A stretch of DNA of 64,000 bases from a virus (lineage: Duplodnaviria > Caudoviricetes): IMG/VR virus record IMGVR_UViG_3300040811_001959; one strand, written 5' to 3'. Position numbers and translations under genes: made by a program. Position 1 is the stretch's first letter. Every line of letters starts with the position of its first letter. Positions 19,110 through 27,065 of this stretch are shown piece by piece. The notes under the pieces were generated by a model that saw nothing but the letters and a program-made list of their open reading frames with translations, was not told where the DNA came from and made no database searches.

Positions 19110-19814
19110 TTAGATTTTAACAAAAAAAACTTGGGTTAGTCTAGCATCTTTTCCTTTACCAAAAAAGTTTTCAGCAGAATGCCAATTTCTAGTATCAAAC
19201 ATAATAAATCTATTAAACTTTGATTCAATTACTATGTCAGTATCAAACTTTGATCTTTGATCTTTCCTATATTTTTCAAATTTATTACTATCTATTTCAT
19301 CAGTTTGATTTACATCTTGCTCAAATAAATCTTTAAAAAACTCTCCATTATGATCGTTGCAATCTTTGTAAATACAGGTACCAGAACCTAAAGGTGCATC
19401 ATTGTTAAGATAGATAACACCGGCAACTTGATCTTGCGGATCGTCATCATGAACCCATCCGTTACCGTAGTTTTCGTCAGTTAATTGAAATCCGGTTTCT
19501 AATCTTTCAATTTTTGTAATGCCGTAATCTTTTAATATAAACAGGATTTTTTTTAGAAAAATTTGAAAGAAATCATAATTTAATTCGTGCAATAATGTAG
19601 TGCGTAATCCGGGCCAGTTACCTCTATCTCCTTTGTAAAATTCTTGCTGTAGAGCAAAGTGTCTTATTATATCACAGTCTTCATAAAAATCATCAATTAT
19701 TATTGTAGGAAAATATGGATATAAAAATCTATTTTTGACATCATGTAATTCCATGAATTGAGATACTGGCAAATTGTGTTTATTGTTGAAAATATTAATG
19801 TACCAATTATCCAT
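19110..19814 (-). CDS. 2OG-Fe(II) oxygenase (DUF6445-like)
   Basis: 234 aa; 'IIDDFY', 'WPGLRT', 'GWVHDD', 'AGVIYLN', 'GSGT', 'FNRFIMFD...WHSA', 'RLTQVFF'. Confidence 0.85.
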   Translation of the reverse strand: MDNWYINIFNNKHNLPVSQFMELHDVKNRFLYPYFPTIIIDDFYEDCDIIRHFALQQEFYKGDRGNWPGLRTTLLHELNYDFFQIFLKKILFILKDYGITKIERLETGFQLTDENYGNGWVHDDDPQDQVAGVIYLNNDAPLGSGTCIYKDCNDHNGEFFKDLFEQDVNQTDEIDSNKFEKYRKDQRSKFDTDIVIESKFNRFIMFDTRNWHSAENFFGKGKDARLTQVFFVKI

Positions 19815-20391
19815 TTATTTTTCCAGTAAAATTAAATGTAATTACAATTCTTTTCGTACACATTTTAGGACAAGTGCTTGCGTGATAATGCCATCCGTTA
19901 AACAATAACAATTTTCCAGCCTTGGGTGTACACGTATGCATAGGATAGTATTTTTCAGCTTTATCAATTTCATGGAATATAATTGTATCTCCATCGCTGT
20001 AATTTACATAATAAATTACAACAAAATGTTCTTGATCAAAGTCTCTATGCGGAGTATTGTACTTATATGGCAAGCTTGGCAATGAAAATTTTGTGTTCAA
20101 TAAAAATCCAGCCCTAATTCTTTTTAAATCAATTATTGTTAGAGAAAATTGTTTTTCTATTATAGATAACAAAGGCTTAAAAAAATCTAAATGCAGATTA
20201 CTTATGTTATTTTCATTATAAATTAAGTTACCAAAAGCAGGAGTTGAGTGTTGAGGCATATTAGAATTTTCAAAAGTTGTATCTTCCATAAAATGCCAGT
20301 CAAAATCTATATTTGTAAGATAATTATAAATTTTTTTAACATATTCTTTATCTTCTATATTTTTTTCGATAGGTTTAAAAATGTTACTCAT
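19807..20391 (-). CDS. 2OG-Fe(II) oxygenase (paralog of 17991-18605)
   Basis: 194 aa; 'RIRAG', 'TPHRD', 'YYVNYSDGDT', 'PKAGKLLLFNG.HYHAST.P', 'RIVITFN'. Confidence 0.85.
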   Translation of the reverse strand: MSNIFKPIEKNIEDKEYVKKIYNYLTNIDFDWHFMEDTTFENSNMPQHSTPAFGNLIYNENNISNLHLDFFKPLLSIIEKQFSLTIIDLKRIRAGFLLNTKFSLPSLPYKYNTPHRDFDQEHFVVIYYVNYSDGDTIIFHEIDKAEKYYPMHTCTPKAGKLLLFNGWHYHASTCPKMCTKRIVITFNFTGKING

Positions 20392-21103
20392 AATTTAATT
20401 TGTACCTTTCTCTATCAATAGAAAAATGTTTTGGATCAGTTTTATATTTATTCCAACACGGTATGCTCATACTTAATCGCTTACTACATGGATTTGCATA
20501 ATGATACATTCTTGACGGAATATACAAAACATCTCCTGGTTCTAACACAACATCTAAAGCAATAGATAAATCTTTTTCTTTAATAAAATTATTCATAGTA
20601 CCGGTAGGAAACAAATTTGATAATCTATTATTATAGACTTTCCACGGAGTTGTTCCTTCTACTTGAATAATAAAATTAGACGGATAATCTTCATGTATGT
20701 AAAAAGAACCATTTTTTTTAATGTTACAGTACACATGAATAGCTGCATTCACATAAAATTCTTGTTCAAAATATTTTAACAGTTGATTAGTGGCATCGTT
20801 GAATGATCCATAATTTAAAATTACAAGTCCAAATCCATTGTTAATTTTATCAAATATAAATGATTTGTCTTGTACAGTTTTTGACCAAACCCAAGTTTTA
20901 TTATAAGTTGGTATTTCTATTTTACTATTTGTTTGCGGATCAATAACTTCAAAGTCGAATAATTCAGGATAATTTAAACATTGTTCTACGTTGTGCCAAT
21001 TTAGATATTTTTCTGGTGCAGGAAAAATATTTTTCATATATAACGGATTATCATTTAAAAATAAATTACTTTGTTTTTTAAAATTTTCAAAAAAATTATT
21101 CAT
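20384..21103 (-). CDS. JmjC / cupin_4 (YcfD/ROXA-like) hydroxylase
   Basis: 'AAIHVY', 'FYIHEDY..NFIIQVEG...W', 'LEPGDVLYIPSRMYHYA', 'RLSMSIP'. Start probably the ATG at 21103 (SD AGGA) rather than 21124. Confidence 0.8.
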   Translation of the reverse strand: MNNFFENFKKQSNLFLNDNPLYMKNIFPAPEKYLNWHNVEQCLNYPELFDFEVIDPQTNSKIEIPTYNKTWVWSKTVQDKSFIFDKINNGFGLVILNYGSFNDATNQLLKYFEQEFYVNAAIHVYCNIKKNGSFYIHEDYPSNFIIQVEGTTPWKVYNNRLSNLFPTGTMNNFIKEKDLSIALDVVLEPGDVLYIPSRMYHYANPCSKRLSMSIPCWNKYKTDPKHFSIDRERYKLNYE

Positions 21104-21695
21104 ATATCCTATCAATCCTAACATTAAATGCTATTGATATTCTATCTTCGTCAGTAGGATTTCTAGAAACACCGTGAGCTAAATGTCCTGGAAATAATAA
21201 TAATTTTCCAGTTTTTGGTTTATAACTAATAGCACCGCAACTAATTTGAGTATAATTTTCGATAAAACTTTGACTTGTAATAATATAATCTGCTAGACTA
21301 TTTTTATAAAAAGTAATATCTCCTTGATTTTCTGTTGCTTTTAGATAAAATGCTCCAGATAAAAATGAATTATCATGTATGTGATGTGAGTTAGAATGTC
21401 CTTTTTTATTAATATTAAACCAATAATTTTCAATTTTTACTTTTGATAATTTTTCTATATATCCATAATCTCTGACGCATTGTTCTGCTTGTTCTAATAT
21501 TTTATTATTTAAAATTTGTAATGGTTTAAATGCTGTAGGTAAAAAATCTTTACTTTGCCATCCTCCGTCATTACTAAGTTCGCGACCTGTTGGGTCATAT
21601 TTGTATATATCGTAACACAAATTAAGTAAATCAGTTGTATCTATATTAGTCTCTTCCCACCATATCGGCGTCGGAAAATAAAGGTCAAAATGCAT
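21096..21695 (-). CDS. 2OG-Fe(II) oxygenase-like protein (TIGR02466 type)
   Basis: 199 aa; 'FPTPIW', 'GGWQS', 'WFNIN', 'HIHDNSFLSGAFY', 'LFPGHLAHGV..N....RISIAFN'. Confidence 0.85.
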   Translation of the reverse strand: MHFDLYFPTPIWWEETNIDTTDLLNLCYDIYKYDPTGRELSNDGGWQSKDFLPTAFKPLQILNNKILEQAEQCVRDYGYIEKLSKVKIENYWFNINKKGHSNSHHIHDNSFLSGAFYLKATENQGDITFYKNSLADYIITSQSFIENYTQISCGAISYKPKTGKLLLFPGHLAHGVSRNPTDEDRISIAFNVRIDRIYE

Positions 21696-22488
21696 ATCTT
21701 AAATCATTTAAAGTTTTTGGCACAGGTATAAAGCTAAAAGCAAACGAATGACTCCATCTAAAATCAACTTCAGGATCTACATATGCTAGGTGCGGTATGT
21801 TTGCTTTGTACATTGTCATAGTTTTTTCGTTTGTAGGTATTGACGCTAACAAATTAAATCCCCATTTCTTTAATTCCTCATCTGGCATGTTAAACCAATT
21901 ATTTGCCCTAGTAGCATTCCTGCTTATTTCTACCCATTGTTTATGAAATTTGTGGGTTTCGTCAACTTGAAAATCATAAACAGTTTCATACATTTTTCCT
22001 TCATAATGAAATAACTTTGTACATGACATGTCAAGAGAATGATCTGTAAACCATAAATTAGTAACTAAGCCATTAACATAATCTACGTGAGGAATTCTCC
22101 AGCAACTTATAGGTTTAGTTAATTCACGAAAGTATAAATTGCCCCATTCGTGTATTTGCTCTAAATATATATCATTAGAAATATTTTTTGAATAAAAATC
22201 AATAAGTAAATAGCAAATATCTTTATAAATCCATTCTGGTAAGTGTATGCTATCAAATGGGTTAGGATCAAAATTCGTTAATGCGCTATTGTCTTTTTGT
22301 ATTGGAAAAGATGCTATAAGATTTTTAAAAATTTCAAAATGCTTTATGTCAAACGGCGGATCAGTTATCCAATAACCATAATCTTTATCAATTGAAAAAT
22401 ATTTACAATTCCAATTGTCAACATTGTGAATTTTAATTACTTTGTCAAAATTATTTGCATCAGGATAGCATCTTTTAAATTCTGTCAT
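21685..22488 (-). CDS. 2OG-Fe(II) oxygenase-like protein (DUF6445-like)
   Basis: 267 aa; 'WRIPHVD', 'NLWFT', 'TKLF', 'MY.ANIPHLA', 'RWSHSF'. Confidence 0.65.
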   Translation of the reverse strand: MTEFKRCYPDANNFDKVIKIHNVDNWNCKYFSIDKDYGYWITDPPFDIKHFEIFKNLIASFPIQKDNSALTNFDPNPFDSIHLPEWIYKDICYLLIDFYSKNISNDIYLEQIHEWGNLYFRELTKPISCWRIPHVDYVNGLVTNLWFTDHSLDMSCTKLFHYEGKMYETVYDFQVDETHKFHKQWVEISRNATRANNWFNMPDEELKKWGFNLLASIPTNEKTMTMYKANIPHLAYVDPEVDFRWSHSFAFSFIPVPKTLNDLRYAF

Positions 22489-23066
22489 CTTATGTTAAAA
22501 GTAAATATAATTCTTTCGTGATCACTTAAATTGGGTTGGACTCTGTGTTTTAACCAGCCGGGAAATATTAAAACATCATTAGTGGTTACAGGTAATTCTT
22601 TATAAAGAGATTCTTCAGGAAAAATAGGATATATAGATTTATGATATTCTAATGGGTCTTTAAACTCTATATATCCAGAATTATCAGGAACTTGTAAGTA
22701 AGCCGTAACTACAAATGTTATAAAATTATGACTATGTTCTAAAGTTTGTCCACCTTTATAATGAATGTTAATCCATGATTCTGTAACTTCATTATATTCA
22801 TAAATAAATTTATTTTCTTTCCTAATAAAATAAATCATACTTCCTAGCCATTCTTGGAATTCACTTAGTTCTTCCCAAGTATGTGGCTGTTCAGTGTTGC
22901 TAGCTTTAATTGACGATTTTGAATTTCCTATTTCTAATAAACTTGTTTCTGAATTATTTTCTAATAGGTTATAAATTTTAGGTTTTAATATTTCAAATTC
23001 AAATGGAAATTGAAATTTGTAAATATAAGGAGTAAAAAGATTAACTCCATTATTCAATAGGTTCAT
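22485..23066 (-). CDS. 2OG-Fe(II) oxygenase-like protein (TIGR02466 type)
   Basis: 193 aa; 'SWINIH', 'LEHSH', 'AYLQVP.NSG.IEF.DP', 'LIFPGWLKHRVQPN....RIIFTFN'. Confidence 0.85.
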   Translation of the reverse strand: MNLLNNGVNLFTPYIYKFQFPFEFEILKPKIYNLLENNSETSLLEIGNSKSSIKASNTEQPHTWEELSEFQEWLGSMIYFIRKENKFIYEYNEVTESWINIHYKGGQTLEHSHNFITFVVTAYLQVPDNSGYIEFKDPLEYHKSIYPIFPEESLYKELPVTTNDVLIFPGWLKHRVQPNLSDHERIIFTFNIR

Positions 23067-23292
23067 TTTCTATTAGCTCCAACGCTAATTGTAGACCCAT
23101 TATTGTTCCTTCTATTTTAAGTAAATCAGAACTTAGTTCTTGTCTGGATGCAAAATCTATACTAGTAATACCGTATGGGTTAAGTTTTAAATCATTAAAC
23201 TCATTTTCAATACGTTCTAAGTCATTTTTTATTTCTAATGACTTATTTTCAAGATTTTTTAATGCATTGTTTATTTTATCAACATAAATCAT
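23050..23292 (-). CDS. Hypothetical coiled-coil protein
   Basis: 80 aa with heptad-like L/I spacing; overlaps both neighbours. Confidence 0.55.
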   Translation of the reverse strand: MIYVDKINNALKNLENKSLEIKNDLERIENEFNDLKLNPYGITSIDFASRQELSSDLLKIEGTIMGLQLALELIENEPIE

Positions 23293-24077
23293 TTTTTTCC
23301 TTTTGATAATATTCTATTTAGTCTTTTAATTCTAGCCAAAACAGAATCTTTCCTGTAGATTGAAGAATTTGAAGCATAAACAAAATCTCTTTCAAGTTTA
23401 TAATCAGCATTAGTTGCTTCTTCAACTGTTAAAGTGTAAGTAGAATCTTGCAATATCTTTTTATCTATTGGTAAAATTTGACAAAGAGGAGTGCCTGCTT
23501 TAATCAAAATTTCGTCATTTAATTTTTTCCAATACAACTGGACATTTAAAACATGCATGTAACTTGGATCTAAAAAACCAGTTGCAGCTTCAAACCTATC
23601 TTCATTATTATAAGCAACTGGCATTATAAGCAGTATGATATTATTTGAAACTTCAACCCTCCACGGAGTTTCAACTTTAATTACAGTCTTAAGGATATTA
23701 TCTTTATCATTTAATAAAGGTTCGGTTTGTATAGAATTGTGTGTATTTATATATGCATATTCTGCCATTTGTCCACATTTATTAAACTGATAACTTTCGT
23801 CCCAATAAACACTTACTCCATCTCCGTTTGTTTTTATTATAAAATCAGCAGGTGCAGTTAAAATATATCCTGTGTTTATTATTTTCTGTATTCCTGGACA
23901 ATTTTGAGAACTTTTAGTATTAGTATCTACTTCTTGTTTTATTTTTAACCAATCTCTTTTTACAAGTCGGGATTTTTGTATTGGATACAATTTTGCAACC
24001 CCTGGTTCAAGAGTATAAAATCTAATAAATTGTTTTTTTTTAAAAAAAGAGGTCAGTTTACTTGTTAATATATTCAT
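23289..24077 (-). CDS. dUTPase-like fold / DUF6065-like protein (paralog of 10116-10940)
   Basis: 262 aa; 'IRFY.L..GVA.LYP', 'NCPGI....GYILTAPADF', 'KVETPWRV', 'YNNEDRF.AA.G..DP.YMH...VQL.W', 'AGTPL.Q..P'. Confidence 0.5.
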   Translation of the reverse strand: MNILTSKLTSFFKKKQFIRFYTLEPGVAKLYPIQKSRLVKRDWLKIKQEVDTNTKSSQNCPGIQKIINTGYILTAPADFIIKTNGDGVSVYWDESYQFNKCGQMAEYAYINTHNSIQTEPLLNDKDNILKTVIKVETPWRVEVSNNIILLIMPVAYNNEDRFEAATGFLDPSYMHVLNVQLYWKKLNDEILIKAGTPLCQILPIDKKILQDSTYTLTVEEATNADYKLERDFVYASNSSIYRKDSVLARIKRLNRILSKGKK

Positions 24078-25674
24078 CTATGCCATTATATATATTATCT
24101 TTTAAAAAATCATAATGACTAGGAAGTGTAAGAACATGTTTTGTAATAGCCTCTCTATATTTAAAATAAGCACGTTTAGTAAAACCAATTTGTTCTTTTT
24201 TTGTTGCTAAATTTTTTGTATCATTAAAATTAAATATAAGATTTTTTGTAGCAATAGATTTTAACCCCATTCCAGCTGCAATGTACATATTTCCTATATA
24301 ATCGCTATGATAATGATGATTTATCATGCTTCCTAGAAAATTTGTATATTGATTTTGATTTAAAACAAATTCATTAAATTGTTCCGGAACATACTCATTA
24401 ATTTGTGTACACCATCTCCAATAAGGTGTATCAGTTCTCTGTGACAATGCATAATGTTGCGATACAAAATCTCTAAATTTTGTTACATCAAAATCAACTG
24501 CTAAATTGTAGGCATCTTTTTCTGCCCTTGTTACATATCCATTTCGTCTATTTAAAACATCTAATAATTTTACTATATTTTCGTGAGTGGTTAGCAAACC
24601 TGTTGATTCTAACGGCTCTACAAATCCGTAACTAAGTCCTATTCCTAAAACATTATTCAACCATGCTCTTCTTCTTTTACCGTGTCTAATACTAATAGGA
24701 AATAGTTCTGCTTTATCTGCTATTTTTTTACCATAAATTTTTTCTAAATGTTTACTAAATTCAATAGCGGCATTCTCTTTTTCAATAAATCTTTTAGAAT
24801 AAACATATCCTGTTCCTATTCTGTTCCATAACGGAATAGTCCAAACCCATCCATTATTTAGAGCAAAACAATCTGTTACATTTAGCATCTGCTTTTTTCT
24901 ATCTGTGTAGGGCAAACGACATGCCCATGCGCTATCATTAGCCAAATATTTTGTAAATGGCATAAATGCAGAACCCATCCAATCTTCTAATAGAAGTGAT
25001 TTGAATCCTGTGCAATCTATCCAAAGATCAGCAGTTAGAGTTCTTCCGTCGATTAAAAGTATGTCTGTTATATTGTTTAAGTGATCTTTTTTAAATGAAT
25101 GAGCATCACCTATTATGTGCTCAACACCATTTGGTATTGCTACATTATCTTTTAAATATTGACCAAATAATTGCGCATCAAGATGATATGCTGTGTCAAA
25201 ATCAAAATCAAAATTTCTTAATAATTTATCTTTGTTTTTTGTTTGTTTATTATATTTTGCTAATAATGTGTTTCCGGTGCAAAAAAATTCAGCAAATGAT
25301 TCCGGAGGAAACTCGTCAGGATAAAGCGTTGCTAATTCAGACCAGGAATCAGTTCCTCCGGGTTTATCTGTATAGTCTAATCCTTCTGAGAATGGATATT
25401 CAAACGATTCGCCTTGCCCAATCCTAAAATTTGTAAAACGTATTGAATTTTTATATGTTGCATTGCATTTTGGCATCCAATCTTCATCTTTTAGATCTAA
25501 AAGCCGCAAAAATCTATTAATATGTCCTAGTGTACTTTCACCTACACCAACTGTTCCTATTATTTTAGATTCTACAAGTGTTATAGATAAATGGGGACAA
25601 CATTTGCTTAAAGCGGCTGCTGTCATCCAGCCTGAACTTCCGCCGCCTATAATTACAACTTTTTTAATGTGCAT
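24058..25674 (-). CDS. Flavin-dependent halogenase, tryptophan-halogenase family (copy 4)
   Basis: 538 aa; GGGSSG, 'VGESTL', 'ATYKNSIRF', 'GWVWTIPL..RIGTGYVY', 'FVEPLESTG' (PrnA-like E-S-T-G). Confidence 0.92.
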   Translation of the reverse strand: MHIKKVVIIGGGSSGWMTAAALSKCCPHLSITLVESKIIGTVGVGESTLGHINRFLRLLDLKDEDWMPKCNATYKNSIRFTNFRIGQGESFEYPFSEGLDYTDKPGGTDSWSELATLYPDEFPPESFAEFFCTGNTLLAKYNKQTKNKDKLLRNFDFDFDTAYHLDAQLFGQYLKDNVAIPNGVEHIIGDAHSFKKDHLNNITDILLIDGRTLTADLWIDCTGFKSLLLEDWMGSAFMPFTKYLANDSAWACRLPYTDRKKQMLNVTDCFALNNGWVWTIPLWNRIGTGYVYSKRFIEKENAAIEFSKHLEKIYGKKIADKAELFPISIRHGKRRRAWLNNVLGIGLSYGFVEPLESTGLLTTHENIVKLLDVLNRRNGYVTRAEKDAYNLAVDFDVTKFRDFVSQHYALSQRTDTPYWRWCTQINEYVPEQFNEFVLNQNQYTNFLGSMINHHYHSDYIGNMYIAAGMGLKSIATKNLIFNFNDTKNLATKKEQIGFTKRAYFKYREAITKHVLTLPSHYDFLKDNIYNGIDEYINK

Positions 25675-25693
25675 AAATTATTCCTGTTATGGG

Positions 25694-25715
25694 ATATTTA
25701 TGCAAAGATATTTAG
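25694..25715 (-). promoter_or_regulatory. Tandem late promoter-like motifs upstream of halogenase 4
   Basis: Minus-strand CTAAATAT (25708-25715) and ATAAATAT (25694-25701) in the 42-nt gap before the SD AGGA. Confidence 0.55.
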
Positions 25716-25716
25716 A

Positions 25717-26211
25717 TTATGAATTAGAATTGAGCCAAACGGAATATCTACGCCATGCTGGTAGTTCCATAGTTGACGGAACTGGAGATCTATCAATAGA
25801 AGGTTCTGTATTTTCTAGTGCAGCCTGTTGATCCTCTGCAGTTAAAAATTCTTCTTTAACTGTTGGTTTGTCTATTATATCTTTTACCAAACTAATATGC
25901 TGGTACCATGTGCCATTTTGGCTTATTGTACCAGATTCTTTTAGTTCATGATAAAGCATGTCTAATTGTTCGCCAACTGTTCCATATGCAACTTGCCTTG
26001 CAACTGCGGTATTGGTAAAACCGCCATCTCTTTCTACCCATACCATATCTTGTTGTGCCGGACTCCATTCTAGTGTCCAATCTAAAGTAACATTATCCGG
26101 AGCATTAACCCATGCTATAGTTGCATCTGGGCCGTCATAAATTTCATATTCTTCTCCAGGATCGCGAATTTCACTTACAAAACCTTGATACGACATTAAA
26201 ACTTTTTTCAT
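25717..26211 (-). CDS. Putative tail-fibre assembly / chaperone-like protein
   Basis: 164 aa directly after three fibre-like genes; 'R..AYG..GEQLDMLYH' resembles motifs of small fibre-associated proteins of aquatic phages. Confidence 0.4.
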   Translation of the reverse strand: MKKVLMSYQGFVSEIRDPGEEYEIYDGPDATIAWVNAPDNVTLDWTLEWSPAQQDMVWVERDGGFTNTAVARQVAYGTVGEQLDMLYHELKESGTISQNGTWYQHISLVKDIIDKPTVKEEFLTAEDQQAALENTEPSIDRSPVPSTMELPAWRRYSVWLNSNS

Positions 26212-27065
26212 TTGTATTCCTCTATAACGATTATGCCTGGTCTACCATCTGATCCCCTGTGACCATGAAAATATCCTCCGGTACCGCCTGTGCCAGGAGC
26301 AGAGTGACCTTGATGATTATGAGCAAAATGACCACCTTGGGGATGTCCTCCTGGTGCTGCTCCTCCAAAATAACTGGTGCCACCTGGTCCAAAACTGTGA
26401 TGGTGGGCACCGCCACCGCCTTGATGTATATTTAAATTGCCACCTGATCCGTTTCCGCTCACACCGCCAGAGTGTTGATTCTGTCTGTTAGCTCCATGGC
26501 CTCCACTTGCGCTTACATATGGTCCAAAAGATGTTGTTCCGCTATTTCCTCCTGCACCAGAATAATAAGTACCACTGCCACCGCCACCTATATTACAACT
26601 TACAGAACTGATGCTATCTACGTTCATTATTCTCTCTGCATACCCTCCGGCTCCACCTGACTCTCCGTGCCCACTTGCACCACCACCAGGACCTTGTACT
26701 TTTACCCTAATATACCTAACTCCGGCTGGTTTATTCCATGTTCCGTTTGATGTAAATACTGAAATTCCACTGAACCCTAAATTAGCATATTCTAGAGCGC
26801 TACCCGAAGCACTTGTTCGTCTTAGGAGTTGTTGATTACTTCCTATTGTTGATAATCCAGTTCCTCCCTTATCTCGTGGCATTGTTCCTGCCACCGTTGA
26901 AGTGCTATAATCAATTGCTCCATCTTTGATATTATCTTCTATAATAGTATTATCTTCTATGTTAGCAGTGGCAATAGTATTATTGGCAAAACTTGTTGTT
27001 TCTAACGATTCGTTTGTTACAGATTGATTTGTTAGATTTTTTAGTAGTTGATAATTAAACGCCAT
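26208..27065 (-). CDS. Glycine-rich fibre / adhesin-like protein, paralog C
   Basis: 285 aa; N-term 'MAFNYQLLK.LT', 'FTSNGTW..P..VRYI.V.V.G.GGG' and a Gly/His-rich C-terminal domain. Confidence 0.7.
   Translation of the reverse strand: MAFNYQLLKNLTNQSVTNESLETTSFANNTIATANIEDNTIIEDNIKDGAIDYSTSTVAGTMPRDKGGTGLSTIGSNQQLLRRTSASGSALEYANLGFSGISVFTSNGTWNKPAGVRYIRVKVQGPGGGASGHGESGGAGGYAERIMNVDSISSVSCNIGGGGSGTYYSGAGGNSGTTSFGPYVSASGGHGANRQNQHSGGVSGNGSGGNLNIHQGGGGAHHHSFGPGGTSYFGGAAPGGHPQGGHFAHNHQGHSAPGTGGTGGYFHGHRGSDGRPGIIVIEEYK

Noticed and set aside
10130-24050. Homopolymer A/T runs of 8-10 nt in island genes as phase-variation or frameshift sites
   Set aside because: Expected in very AT-rich Lys/Phe-rich genes; all frames are intact and no alternative-frame product is evident.
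8863-25674. Classical secondary-metabolite or RiPP biosynthetic cluster
   Set aside because: No NRPS/PKS, transporter, protease or clear leader-core precursor; phage structural context on both sides.
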